Assembly (NCBI GenBank): GCA_963737655.1 | Contig: CAVTTN010000002.1 | Span: forward strand, 7,040,001 to 7,104,000 | Reading direction: 5' to 3' | DNA: 64,000 nucleotides | From: an uncultured Planctomycetota bacterium | GTDB lineage: Bacteria; Planctomycetota; Planctomycetia; Isosphaerales; Isosphaeraceae | Shown here: piece by piece, positions 8,835 through 19,932 of the stretch | Position numbering within the stretch: the stretch's first letter is position 1 | Layout of the letters: every line of letters begins with the position of its first letter | Program-made: the position numbers and the translations under genes | The notes under the pieces: model-generated | What the model was told of the DNA's origin: nothing | Seen by the model: only the letters and a program-made list of their open reading frames with translations | Databases searched by the model: none

Positions 8835-9922
8835 GCGGACCTTCGGACGGCCTGCATGTCGAGGTTTCGCGGAAGGTCCACCCCGGCCTCGTCCTCGACG
8901 TTTCCCTGACGCTCGGGGCCGAGTGCGGCGTGGTGTTCGGGGCCTCCGGGGCCGGGAAGACCAGCCTGTTGCGGCTGATCGCCGGGCTCGACCGGCCCGA
9001 TTCGGGCGTCGTCCGCGTTGCCGGCTCGACGTGGTTCGACTCGAAGACGAGCGAGGAAGTCCCGCTCCGGTCGAGGCGAGTCGGCATGATCTTCCAGGAC
9101 GACTTGCTGTTCCCTCACCTGAGCGTCTGGGCGAACGTGGGATTCGGCCTGAAGGGGTGGCGGCGGCCCGAGGCGAAGAAACGGGTCGAGGAGGTGGCGG
9201 CGCTCTGCGGGGTCGCCCACCTGATGGCCCGGCGGCCGGCGACGCTCTCGGGGGGCGAACGGCAGAGGGTCGGCCTGGCCCGGGCCCTCGCCCCCAGGCC
9301 CCGGCTCCTCCTCTGCGATGAACCGGTCTCCGCCCTGGACCTGGACGCCCGGTTCTCCCTGATCGAACGATTGAAGGCCGTCCAGACTGCCGAGAATGTC
9401 CCTCTTCTCCAGGTGACCCACAGCCCAAGCGAGGCCGTGGCCCTGGCGTCCCGGCTCTTCCTCCTCGATTCGGGGCGGATCATCGACGAAGGGCCGCCCC
9501 TGGACGTTCTTTTACGTCGTCAAGGTCGCGTCAAGGAGCGGATCGACGACGTAAGGAACGTCCACGAGGGGCGGATCGCCTTTCACGACACGGGTTCGGA
9601 GACGGCCATCGCCCTGGCCGGCGGGCCGACGCTGATCGTCCCTCGGCAGGAGAGGCCCGAGGGCTCGGCCGCGACGGTGGCCGTCCGCGCCGAAGACATC
9701 CTGCTGGCCCGGCCGCCGATCTCCGAGCTGAGCGCGAGGAACCGGATCGATGGGGAGGTGGAGCGGGTGATCGTTCACGGAGGGGACGCCGAGGTGATCG
9801 TCCGGGCCGGGGCGACCCGGTGGATCGTCGCGGTCGTGGCCTCGGCCGTCGGATCGCTCGGATTATCGCCGGGCTCGCCCATCGTGATGATCATCAAGGC
9901 GAGGAGTTGCCACGTCCTCTGA
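8831..9922 (+). CDS. modC: Molybdate ABC transporter ATP-binding protein with TOBE domains
   Basis: GTG overlapping the modB stop; GASGAGKT, LSGGERQR, LLCDEP; C-terminal SARN and IKA TOBE motifs. Confidence 0.92.
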   Translation: MSGPSDGLHVEVSRKVHPGLVLDVSLTLGAECGVVFGASGAGKTSLLRLIAGLDRPDSGVVRVAGSTWFDSKTSEEVPLRSRRVGMIFQDDLLFPHLSVWANVGFGLKGWRRPEAKKRVEEVAALCGVAHLMARRPATLSGGERQRVGLARALAPRPRLLLCDEPVSALDLDARFSLIERLKAVQTAENVPLLQVTHSPSEAVALASRLFLLDSGRIIDEGPPLDVLLRRQGRVKERIDDVRNVHEGRIAFHDTGSETAIALAGGPTLIVPRQERPEGSAATVAVRAEDILLARPPISELSARNRIDGEVERVIVHGGDAEVIVRAGATRWIVAVVASAVGSLGLSPGSPIVMIIKARSCHVL

Positions 9923-10067
9923 CGAGGCCGCTCGGCGAGTTGACCTGGGCCCCGGGGCCGGGACGACTATAATCGACCTATTGGCCCGAGAATCGCGTGC
10001 CGTCGGGGTTCGTGCCGCCGAGGGGATTCGCCGGGCGATCGCCAGGAGAGGGGATCGGGACGGAGCC

Positions 10068-11321
10068 ATGTGGACGTTTGCCTGGCGGAACCTCGCGACC
10101 CGACCGTTGCGGACGGTCCTGGCGCTGGTGGGGCTGTCGATCCCGATCCTCGGCGTCCTCGGGCTCTTCAGCCTCTCCGGGGGCCTGCGGAACCTCGTCG
10201 GCGACACGCTGAGCAAGATCCAGGGCGTGGTCGTCCTGCGCGAAGGCGCGCTCAGCCCGGTCTTCAGCAAGCTGCCCGAGGACCTCGCGCCGAAGATCCG
10301 CGCCCTGCCGGACGTCACGGCCGTGGCCGGCGAGGTCTGGGACGTGGCGCCGTCGGTCGAGGGCCGCACCGCCGCCGGCCAGTTCATCCGCAAGGCCGGG
10401 CAGTCGCTCACGACCAAGGGCGGCTCGGGGAACATGTACCAGTCCTTGCTGGACCAGCCGATCATCCAGGGGCAGGACATCGCCTCGCATCAGAACCTCA
10501 AGAGCGCCATCTTCCCACGGGCCCTGGTCAAAGGCCCCGAGGGCGGCCGATTCCTCCAGCCCGGCGACGAGGGGACCAACCGCATCGTGATCTCCACCAA
10601 GATCGCCCGGGACAACGCCGACCCCGAGACCAAGAAGCCCAAGAAGGTGGGCGACACCCTGCTGATCGCCGACGAGCCGTTCGAGATCATCGGCCTGTAC
10701 AACACGGGATCGATGCTCCTGGACGTGATCATCATCATGGACATGAACACGGCCCGGCGCGTCCTGAACTTCCCCAAGGGCACGGTCTCGACGTTCTACG
10801 TCGAGGCCGCGAACCCCGGCGAGAACGACAAGCTCAGCGAGGAGATCGAGAAGGCCATCCCCAAGGCCGACGCCCGGGGCGTCAACGAGATCATGGCCAA
10901 CTTCGGCGACCTCATGAACCAGCTCGACCTGTTCCTCTTCGCCACGGTGCTGCTCGCCCTGATCGTCGGGGTGGTCGGGATCATCAACACGATGCTGATG
11001 AGCACGACCGAGAGGTTCGCCGAGTTCGGCGTCCTGAGGACCAATGGCTGGTCTCGCGGGAACGTCCTGACGCTGGTCACGGCCGAGAGCGCGTACCTGG
11101 GACTGATCGCGGGAGTCATCGGCCTGGTGCTCACGATCACCTTCACGGCGGTGGCCAACCAGTTCATCACCTCGACCGGCCTGGCGCTCTCGGTCAGCCC
11201 GATGAACGCCGCCAGGGGGCTGGGCCTGGCGATCGTGATGGGCGTCCTCGGCGGCCTGTACCCCGCGTGGAAGGCGTCTCGGCTGGTGCCGATGGACGCG
11301 ATCCGACTGGGGGCGCGGTAG
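10068..11321 (+). CDS. MacB/FtsX-family ABC permease
   Basis: WRNL..RPLRT + TM1, large periplasmic domain, GIINTMLMS..ERFAEFGVLR, YPAWKASRL. Confidence 0.9.
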   Translation: MWTFAWRNLATRPLRTVLALVGLSIPILGVLGLFSLSGGLRNLVGDTLSKIQGVVVLREGALSPVFSKLPEDLAPKIRALPDVTAVAGEVWDVAPSVEGRTAAGQFIRKAGQSLTTKGGSGNMYQSLLDQPIIQGQDIASHQNLKSAIFPRALVKGPEGGRFLQPGDEGTNRIVISTKIARDNADPETKKPKKVGDTLLIADEPFEIIGLYNTGSMLLDVIIIMDMNTARRVLNFPKGTVSTFYVEAANPGENDKLSEEIEKAIPKADARGVNEIMANFGDLMNQLDLFLFATVLLALIVGVVGIINTMLMSTTERFAEFGVLRTNGWSRGNVLTLVTAESAYLGLIAGVIGLVLTITFTAVANQFITSTGLALSVSPMNAARGLGLAIVMGVLGGLYPAWKASRLVPMDAIRLGAR

Positions 11322-11440
11322 GATTCGGCCTCGAGGAGGGCGGGGGAGGCCCGCCGCCTTCGCGAAGGGCCAGGGACGGCGGGTTGCCCCCGCACGACAT
11401 CATGGACCGCTGACCGCTGGATGCCATCCCGGAGACGACG

Positions 11441-12145
11441 ATGATCGAGGTGACCGATGTGGCCAAGTCGTTCCGCAGCGGCGAGAACGTGGTCGAAGCC
11501 CTCCGAGGGGTGTCGTGCCGGGTGGGCCGCGGGCGGTTCGCGTTCATCGTCGGGCCGTCGGGGTCGGGAAAGAGCACCCTGCTTTACCTGATGGGGGCGC
11601 TGGACCGGCCGAGCTCGGGGCGGATCGTCGTCGAGGGGATGGACCTCACCGCGATGACCGAGGCCGAGGGGAATGCCTATCGCCGCGACAAGATCGGCTT
11701 CATCTTCCAGGCATTCAACCTGATCGGCAACCTCACCGCCGTGGAGAACGTCCTCGTCCCGTTCCTGCCCAGGGGGATCACGCCGGACCTCCGCGAGAAG
11801 GCCGCCGGGCTGCTGAGAGACGTCGGCCTCGGGGCGCGGCTCGATCATCGACCCCGGCAGATGTCCGGCGGCGAGCAGCAGCGGGTGGCGATCGCTCGGG
11901 CCCTGATCAAGGACCCCGTGCTCGTCCTGGCCGATGAGCCGACCGGCGAGCTCGATTCGAAGACCGGCGACGAGATCTACCGCATCCTCCGCGAGCTCCA
12001 GGCGAAGAGGCAGACCACCCTGGTCGTCGTCACCCACGACCGCCGGTTCATCCGGCCCGATGACCTCGTCCTGGAGATCCAGGACGGCCTCCTCCTCGCC
12101 GACAAGGACCGCGAACCCGCCGGAAACCTGGCGGGGGTCCGATGA
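11441..12145 (+). CDS. LolD/MacB-type ABC ATP-binding protein
   Basis: [33 protein letters not shown]. Confidence 0.93.
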   Translation: MIEVTDVAKSFRSGENVVEALRGVSCRVGRGRFAFIVGPSGSGKSTLLYLMGALDRPSSGRIVVEGMDLTAMTEAEGNAYRRDKIGFIFQAFNLIGNLTAVENVLVPFLPRGITPDLREKAAGLLRDVGLGARLDHRPRQMSGGEQQRVAIARALIKDPVLVLADEPTGELDSKTGDEIYRILRELQAKRQTTLVVVTHDRRFIRPDDLVLEIQDGLLLADKDREPAGNLAGVR

Positions 12146-12155
12146 GATCGGAGAT

Positions 12156-12285
12156 TGAACCGCCAAGACGCCAGGATCGCCAAGGGAGACGGGAGAAAAA
12201 GCATCGAGATTCTTAAATTAATTCACTTCAATATTAATGCTTTTTCTCCCGTCTTCCTTGGCGATCCTGGCGTCTTGGCGGTTCA
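12156..12285. repeat. 49-bp inverted repeat with a 32-bp AT-rich spacer (MITE/REP-like)
   Basis: 12156-12204 versus 12237-12285, one mismatch; arms contain tandem CGCCAAG-like units; lies between convergent genes. Confidence 0.85.
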
Positions 12286-14579
12286 TTCTTTTCTCAATTC
12301 GGCCACGACCATCGAATGGACGTCGAGCCGGGGGACGATCACCTCTCGGCCCTCGGGCGCCTCGCGGATCGGCAGGTCGCGGCCCTCGGGTTCGAGGTGG
12401 ACCCGGCCCAACTTGTAGCGAGGGCCGAACGTCACGCGGATGTCGTGGATCGGCACGACCTCTTCCCGGAGGGGTACGTCCTCGTTCGGCAGGGCGTGGA
12501 AGGCGGTCGTGTTCAGGTCGCTGAACAGGTGGACGATCAGCCGTTCCGACCCGCCCTTGGCCTGCCTCATCACGGTCGAATGGACGCACATCGGGGCCCT
12601 GACCGCGACCGGCGGCGGGCCGTTGGCCGCCCATTCGATCGCATGCTTGAGCACGAGGCGTTCGTACGGATACGCATAAAGATAATAGCCGGCATCGAAC
12701 CCCGCCGCGAGGTAGACGACCCGACCCTTGCCGTGCTCCCGGGCGATCGCCCCCGGGGAATCGGTCGCGCCGGGCGATTCCTTCAGGCGGAGCGTCCCGA
12801 GCGTCTTCGCCGAGCCGTCGCGCATCTCCACCCTCACCGCCGGGCCCTTGAACGTGACCGGCTCTTCGCCTACATACGTCGTCATCAGGCCGCGATTGAG
12901 GAACGACTTCGTGTCCTGACGAAAATCGAACACGTTTTTGCGCTTTTCCCAGTAGTCGGGGCCGATCGCCCTGGCGAAGTTGACGTCGAGCGACGGGGCC
13001 GCGGTCTTCGCGTCGCGGATCAGCCCGCGATGGCTGGCCCCGAAGGTCTCGGCCAGGGCGAAGTCGTCGCGAGGGGTGCCGAACTCGTCGAACAGGGAGG
13101 TATCGAGGCTCGCCACGAGCCCTCCGCCGTCCCTCACGAACCCGTCGATCGCGGCGACTTGCTTCGCGTCCAGGCAGGCCGTGTTGGGGAGGATCAGGAC
13201 GCGATAGGGCGCGAGATCCTCGGGCGTGAGGTTCCAGTCATTGATCACGGCGACGGGCAGATGCTCCTCGACGGCCGCCCGGAAGGCGCCGAGGACGTTC
13301 GCCATGGAGCGTTCCTCGACCTTCCCGGCCGATCGGCCGTAGAAATTTCGGGTATTGTCGCTGAGGACCAGCGCCGCCCAGGGCTCGGGCCTCTTGTGGG
13401 TCAGCCAGGGCTTGCGACGCCCGACCTCGTCCAGGCAGTCGTACAATTCCTTTTGGAGGTTCTTCGGCTGGGCCACGGCGATGCTGGGGCAGGCGCCGTA
13501 GGTCAGCGCGAGCATCATCCGGCGGAGGATTTCGGGGGAGGAAAGCTGTCCTTGCCGTAGGGGTTGCCGTGGGTCAGGAGGTAAGGCTCGCTGAAGGCGA
13601 CCCGGTGGTTCGTCGTGGCCCAGATGTAGGCGTTGGCCAGCGCCGGGAGGATCGTCGTCCCGCGGTTCGTCTCGTCGAGCCAGAACTCCTGGTCGGGCGC
13701 GTCGAGGAGCAGGTTCATCCTCGACGGCATGTTCCTCGGGATGCTCAGGAAGTGGCCGAAGCGGCCGGCGTTGGTGGTCCAGGTCACGAGCGCCACGTCG
13801 GGCTTGATCCCTTTCAATCGCGCTTGCATTCTTTGAACCAGGCCCTCCATCCGGCGGTCGGCCCAGTGCTGGTAGCGGCGGAAGGCGGGGTCATCCATGT
13901 TGGAGTCGGGGATCTCGGCCCCGGCGTCCTTGCGATAGGCATCCCGGCAATGCTTGCAGTAGCAGACGCCCCCGTAGTGGAGGCCGTCGAAGCTGAAGGC
14001 ATCCACCTCGGGGAAGGTGGTGAGGATCTCGGCGAGGACGTCGATGAAGAAGTCGCCGTAGGGGCCGAGGAGGCAGAGCATCCCCCCGTGAGGGAATTTT
14101 TGCATGTCGATCTGCGGGATCTCGGCCGTGTTCGTGCCGATCCGCCGCCACTCGGGGTGGGTCTCGTAAACTTCACCCTGGAGGCACGGCGGATAGACCC
14201 CCAGGATGCGGACGCCCAGCCTCCTGTACTCGGCGATGTCCTTCGGCAGGCGGTCGAGGGGGACGTGAGGGCTGCGTTTCTTCAGGAGCTTGCTGTCGTA
14301 GTACGCATAGAAGGGATCGACGAATCCCATCTCGCTGATCGTGACGCCGTGGGCCGCGGCCCGGGCCCGCGACGGGCCGTCCATCACGGATAGGGTGTAG
14401 CCGCAGCCGACGGTGTCCTCGACCCACCCGGGGACCTTGATCGCGCGGAACGGGGCGGTGTCGAACGGCTGGGGGAGGATGGTCTCGGCCCAGATCCCCG
14501 AACCCTGCTGCTGGGCGGCGGCAGGTCCGGCGATCCCCAGCCAGGCGATGAGGACGGAAAGCCATGCGGATCGGTTCAT
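12283..14579 (-). CDS. Secreted putative glycoside hydrolase (GHL6/GH42-like barrel + trimerisation/GATase-like domain); apparent frameshift near 13535
   Basis: Two ORFs join as GKDSFPP/EILRRMMLALTYG across a C run; FSFDGLHY, CYCKHC, VLILPNTACL, DGGGLVAS, GKGRVVYL. Confidence 0.75.
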
Positions 14580-14613
14580 GAGTCGAGACCTCCGAGGGCC
14601 GACCGCCCCGCGT

Positions 14614-15621
14614 TCAGGAGTAGGTCAGGACGAAGCACTTCAAGGGGTCGCCGTCCACGTCCTCGGGCGGGATGGTCTCGATCACCTCGGGGGCCTGGGT
14701 GGGATCGGCATACGAGGCGTTCTTGTGCAGGGGGTTGGCCGTTTTCTTCCATTCCGTCGTCGGCTTGAAGAAAACGGTGGAATACGCGGCCGTGGAGGAG
14801 GCGTGGAGGAAGAACCCGCCCGGCCGGACGACCATGCAGCTGGTGTTGTTCGTGACCGCCGCCGAGGCCACGACCTGGAAATCGACCGTCTCGGCCGACA
14901 TCGCCTTCAGGACGCCGATCTCGTGGTCGTAGCAGATCTCGAAGCCGAACTTGATGTCGGCGATCGTCTGCCGGCCGCTCTGCCGGCCCGGGAGGAAGAC
15001 CCCGGGGACGTTGCCGGTGACCTCGAACCGGTCGGCCTTCTTGCCGTACTGGGCGACGACGTCCCCGTTCAAATAGATGTAGATCCGGTTCTTGACGAAG
15101 TGGTTGATCTCGCCGGTCCCTTCGAGGATGCCGACCTTCGCCTGGATGGTGGGCACGGTCGGGTCGTTCTCGGGGGCCAGCTCCTTGACCCTCTTGAAGC
15201 GAGGGGCCGTCGCATCGACCTCGGCCTTGACCTGGCGGAGCACCTCCAAAGCCCCGACCCGGCCGCCTCCTTCGTGCCTCTCGGGCGCGTACTTGTAGAT
15301 GATCGACCCCGGGACGAGCAGCATGTCCTCCTTGGTCCGGGAGAGGTTGCGGACCTTCTTGAGGATCGACAGGGCCTCGTCCGCCTCGATGGCCCGGCCG
15401 GCGGTCGCGTCGGCGGGGTCTCTCTGGCGGGTGAAGAGATATTCGGGGGCCACGAACATCGACTTGATCGGCCCGGTGTAATCGGCCGAACCCGCCTTCG
15501 CGGCCTGGTACAGCTCGAACGCCCGGGTCACGGCGTTCTGGAGCTGGGCGAACCGGGTGTCCTGATCGACGTTCAGCTTCGTCTCGGTGTCTCGGGACCA
15601 AAGCGCCACGAAAATCTTCAT
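14614..15621 (-). CDS. Divergent nitrilase / carbon-nitrogen hydrolase fold protein
   Basis: FVAPEY (Glu), YGKK (Lys) and GFEICYDH (Cys) in canonical order. Confidence 0.6.
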   Translation of the reverse strand: MKIFVALWSRDTETKLNVDQDTRFAQLQNAVTRAFELYQAAKAGSADYTGPIKSMFVAPEYLFTRQRDPADATAGRAIEADEALSILKKVRNLSRTKEDMLLVPGSIIYKYAPERHEGGGRVGALEVLRQVKAEVDATAPRFKRVKELAPENDPTVPTIQAKVGILEGTGEINHFVKNRIYIYLNGDVVAQYGKKADRFEVTGNVPGVFLPGRQSGRQTIADIKFGFEICYDHEIGVLKAMSAETVDFQVVASAAVTNNTSCMVVRPGGFFLHASSTAAYSTVFFKPTTEWKKTANPLHKNASYADPTQAPEVIETIPPEDVDGDPLKCFVLTYS

Positions 15622-15654
15622 CGGCGAGGCCTCCTGTTGATTCGCCGGATTGAA

Positions 15655-16899
15655 TCACAGATCGGGGCCGACCGCCACGCCGGACCGACGCGAGCCCGGG
15701 GAATCAAGGTCGTCCCGGGCGACGAGGAGGGCCGCGAAGAGGCCGACCATCGCGAGGTTCCGGGCGTTCAGGATCGCCACCGCCAGGGGATTCAGGGCCA
15801 CCAGCCCCGGGCCGCTCCACGGGTAGACCAGCATGGTCAGGAACGCGACGGCGAGACAGATCGGCCTGGCGACCCGACCCGATCGGCCGTCGATCGCCGC
15901 CACCAGGGGCAGGAACCAGAGCACGTATTGCGGCGAGAGCACCTTGCCGAACAGGGCGAAGGCCACCACGCTCGCCGAGGCCGACCTCGCGGGATTGGAG
16001 CGGAACGAGCCTCGCGTCGTCCACACCGCGAACAGGGTCGCGAATGCCTGGATCGGCATCGCGAGCCTGGCCGCCAGGGCCGCCCCCGGCGTGATCAGCT
16101 CGAACGAGATGTGATTGTAATCCACGGCGATCGGCGAGCCCCGGAGCATCGAGACGACCGTCAGGACCCCCGCGTACAGCGACTCGTGTTCCAGGCCCCT
16201 CTCCGAGTGAAACCGGACCGCCGCCGCCGTCCCCGCAATGCCACCGATCGCCAGCCAGGCGACCAGGCCGAGCGCGATCGTGATCGCCAGCGAGATCGTT
16301 CCCCGATAGCGTCGCGAGCGAAGGTCGTCGAGGATCTGGGGGAGGGCCGCCGCGCCGGGGAAGATCTTCACGAGGACGCCCAGCCCCGCGAGGAACCCGC
16401 CGAGGCCGGTTCGCCCCGTCTTCCAGACCGCCACCGAGACCAGGGCCAGGGCTGCCGCGGCGAGGTCGAACCGCGCGATCGCCAGCCACGACAGGGCCGC
16501 GAAGCCCAGGGTGTAGAAGGCCAGACGAGGTCCCGGTCTCGGCTTCCGGGCGAGCGTCCAGACGATCGCGAAATCGAACAGGAGCATCTCGGCCGCGAAC
16601 GTGGGGACGTAGTACCGGTAGCTTGGGGCCACCAACCGCGGGGCCAGGAACAGGGGCAAGGCGCCGATCGGGTACTCGATCGGGTGGTCGCGATACGGCC
16701 GCACCCCGGCGAGCATCTTCGAGGCGTGCGTATGAAAAAACGTGAGGTCATACGCGACGACTCGCCAGTTCAAGGACTGGCCGAAGACGCGCTGGGAGGT
16801 CGCCACGTTCAGGCGGAAGAAGAGCGGCGACGCCATCGCGACGGCGATCGCGGCGTGGAGGGCGGTCACGGCCAGGGCGAGTGCCAGGGGCTTCCTCAT
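15655..16899 (-). CDS. GT-C integral membrane glycosyltransferase (GT87/DUF2029-like)
   Basis: PYRDHPIEYP, RFDL, K..P and KVLSPQY..W motifs; many TM helices. Confidence 0.8.
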   Translation of the reverse strand: MRKPLALALAVTALHAAIAVAMASPLFFRLNVATSQRVFGQSLNWRVVAYDLTFFHTHASKMLAGVRPYRDHPIEYPIGALPLFLAPRLVAPSYRYYVPTFAAEMLLFDFAIVWTLARKPRPGPRLAFYTLGFAALSWLAIARFDLAAAALALVSVAVWKTGRTGLGGFLAGLGVLVKIFPGAAALPQILDDLRSRRYRGTISLAITIALGLVAWLAIGGIAGTAAAVRFHSERGLEHESLYAGVLTVVSMLRGSPIAVDYNHISFELITPGAALAARLAMPIQAFATLFAVWTTRGSFRSNPARSASASVVAFALFGKVLSPQYVLWFLPLVAAIDGRSGRVARPICLAVAFLTMLVYPWSGPGLVALNPLAVAILNARNLAMVGLFAALLVARDDLDSPGSRRSGVAVGPDL

Positions 16900-17878
16900 C
16901 CGAAGGTCACCACGATCTTGCCGAACGAGGCGTTCGACTCCAGCCTCTCCTGGGCCTCGCGGATGGCCTCCGAGGGATAGGCTCGATCGAGGATCGGCCG
17001 GACGCGTCCCGATTCCAACCAGGGGACCACGGATTCGGCGAACCGGCGGGTCACGGCGATCTTTTCTTCCAGGGGGCGGGCCCGGAGCGTCGTCCCCACG
17101 ACCGTCAGCCGCTTCCTCAGGAGAGTGGTGAGGTCCAGGTCGACCTTCGAGCCGCCGAGCAGGCCGACCTGGACGAGCCTGCCCCGGGTCGCGAGCACTT
17201 CCAGGTTCTGGCTCCAGAACGGGGCGCCAACCTGGTCGATCACGACGTTCGCCATCCGGCCTCCGGATCGCTCGCGGACCGTCGCGACGAAATCCGCCTC
17301 GCTCGTGTTGATGCACTCCGCGCCGAGAGCCCGGACCTGGGAACATTTCTCGGCCGATCGCGAGGTGCCGAAGACCCGGCAGCCCATCGCGAGGGCGACC
17401 TGGACGGCCGCCGAGCCGACGCCTCCGGCCGCCGCGTGGACGATCACCACGTCGCCGGCCCGGGCGAGGCCCTGAGTTTCGAGGGCGTCCTGCGCCGTCA
17501 GGAAGGCTTCCGGGACGGCCGCCGCCTCCTCGAACGAGAGGTTCGCCGGGATCGGCACGGCCATCCTTTCGGGCGTCACGACACGCTCCGCCAACCCGCC
17601 CCCCGAAACGATCCCGAACACGCGATCGCCGACTTTCAGGGGGCCGACGCAATCGGTTCCCAGCCTCTCGATTTCTCCGGCATATTCCAGGCCCGGGACG
17701 TCTTTCGGCGCCCCGGGAGGGGGCGGATAGTGGCCCCGGGCCTGCATCAGGTCGGCCCGGTTCAAACCGGCGGCGAGGACGCGGACGAGGACGCCGTCCC
17801 CCGGGGCTCGGGGTCGGGGACGTCGAGCAGCTCAAGGGCCTCGGCCCCGCCCCGGCCTCGGATCACGACGGCCTTCAT
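16896..17878 (-). CDS. NAD(P)H-quinone oxidoreductase (MDR, PIG3-like); apparent frameshift near 17800
   Basis: MKAVVIRG..G N-terminus joins LNRADLMQARGHYPPP.GA..VPGLE if one G is added to a 5-G run; HAAAGGVG; GKIV. Confidence 0.88.
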
Positions 17879-19088
17879 GGCTTCTTGCCCGCGCCCTGGT
17901 TCCAGTAGATTTTCACGTTATGGGTGGCCCGGCCCCCGGCGATGATCTCGGGCTTGCCGTCGCCGTCGAGGTCGGCGGCCAGGGCGTCCTCGCAGGCCAT
18001 CCCGCCGTCGTCGATGTCGTGGCGGTCGAACGAGAGTTCGGTCTTCGGGCCCTTCGGGTCGTAGACCCACACGCCGGGGCCTTTCGCCGTCTTCGAGTCC
18101 CCCTTGTTCGGGTCGCGCTGGCCGATGATCAGCTCGTCGTCGCCGTCGCCGTCGAGGTCCGCGCACCAGACCGCATGGCCCCAGGAGATCGGCTCGTCCA
18201 CGACCTTTCGCCTGTTCGGTCGGCCGTTGCCGTCGAAGGCGTAGACGACGACCTGGTTGCCGTGCCAGGGTTCGATGGTCGCGTAGTAGTCGAGGCCGTT
18301 GGCCAGCTTCCCTCGCTTGACCTCGCTGGCCCCCTTGAAGTCCTTGCGGTCCTCGTCGGTCGGGCCGATGCCGACGCGGACCCACGAGCGGCCCTGGAAC
18401 CTCTTGAGGAAGCCGACCTCTTCCTTGGCGGCGAAGAGGATGTCGTCCTTGTTGTCGCCGTCGCAATCGACGATCTGGAGGTTGTGGACGGTGTGGAGGC
18501 CGGAGTCGGCGACCTGGGAGGGCCAATCGGGCTTCGTGGGGTCGTCGGGGACGGAGAACACCCGGATGTTCACGCCGGGCCCGCCGTCCCAGCCCGGAGG
18601 CTTCGCGCCCGGGCCTGCAAGGGCACGGTGATCAACTGCTTCTTGCCCGTGCCGAGCACGTCTCCCCAGCGAATCCGGTGGAGGGTGGGCTCGTCATAGG
18701 TGATCGGGTGGAGCGTCCACCGGCCCGAGGCGTCCCGGCCGATCCATTGCAGGGTGCTGGCCTTCTGGGTGTCGGACGGCTTCCAGCCGGCTCCGAGGGC
18801 GAAGTCGATCCGGCCGTCGCCGTCGATGTCGTGGGGCTGGAGGCAGACGTTGTCCCGGGCCGTCTGGCCCTTGAGGATCGTCGATTTCTCCCACGACGGG
18901 TTCCTGTACCAGAGGACGGCGTCCTCGGTCACGGCGACGATGTCCGGCTTGCCATCCCCGTCCACGTCGGCGACGGCCACCGCGTACACGACGTCTCCGG
19001 CGTGGGGATCGATCTCCTTCGCCTCGAACTTCGGGAACTCGGCGCGGGCGGAAGCGGCGAGAAGCAGGACGACGAGGAGGGTTCGCAT
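17875..19088 (-). CDS. Secreted FG-GAP/VCBS beta-propeller protein; apparent frameshift near 18610
   Basis: Signal peptide; repeated DxDGDGxxD motifs; EPWHGNQVVVY; the two ORFs join as TVPLQ/G.KPPGWDGGPGVNIRV. Confidence 0.82.
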
Positions 19089-19277
19089 CGGGAGGGCCTC
19101 GGCGAGGGGTTTCGGAGAGGCCCGAGGATCGACCGTGGCGGGGCGGTTGTCAATGGGCGAGCGGGATCGTCGCGGGCTTCCGATGCCGTCGTCCACAAAC
19201 TCCCCTGGGCGGCATGCCCACGAAGACGTGAGCACAACACCCAAGGTTCCCCCTCAAACCGGTCGGGCGGTCCGCTC

Positions 19278-19766
19278 TTACTTCCCGGTCTCCTCGTGAT
19301 GGTGTTCGTGCCCCGCCATCGCCTTGACCATCTCCCGGCACGAGGTCTCGCAGCGGCGGAGGCTCTTGGCCGCAGCCTTCATCTCCGGGGAGTCGAACTT
19401 CTCGACCTCGGCGGCCGTGGCCTTGCACGCGTCGGCGCACGCGCCGCAGGAATACGCCATCAAGGGGCTGTGCTTGGCGATCATGCAGGCCGAGAGCGAG
19501 CAGAAACCTGCGCAATCGGAGACGAGGTGGAGCGACCTGGCATGCTCCTTCTTCCCCTCGGCGACCATCATGAAGCAGTGGTGGAACGTCTCGTCGCACA
19601 TCTTGGCGCAGTCGGAGCAGGCGTCGAGACATTCCTTGTGGACGGCGTCGTGACGGTGGGCCGCCTCGCCCTGGTGGGCCTTCGGGTCCTGGGCCTGCGC
19701 CGTGTGGAGGGCCGCCGCGCCGATCGCTCCGGCACCCAGGGCGCCGAGGACGTTTCGCCGATTCAT
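19278..19766 (-). CDS. Tat-exported four-helix-bundle copper storage protein (Csp/DUF326-like)
   Basis: MNRRNVLG twin-arginine signal; 13 Cys mostly in CxxC/CxxxC spacing; HEHHH tail. Confidence 0.85.
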   Translation of the reverse strand: MNRRNVLGALGAGAIGAAALHTAQAQDPKAHQGEAAHRHDAVHKECLDACSDCAKMCDETFHHCFMMVAEGKKEHARSLHLVSDCAGFCSLSACMIAKHSPLMAYSCGACADACKATAAEVEKFDSPEMKAAAKSLRRCETSCREMVKAMAGHEHHHEETGK

Positions 19767-19932
19767 GGTGAAGTCTCCTGATGGCAGCAAGGCGAGACAT
19801 CCGGCCCGAACGGGGGGCGCCGCCTCGCTGCGGGATTCGTCTCCGAACTCCGGCGGCAATTCGCGGGCCGGGCGGGATGGATTCTACCCTTCGGCGCCGG
19901 AATGAAGCGAGGTCTCGGCCCCAGCGAGACGG

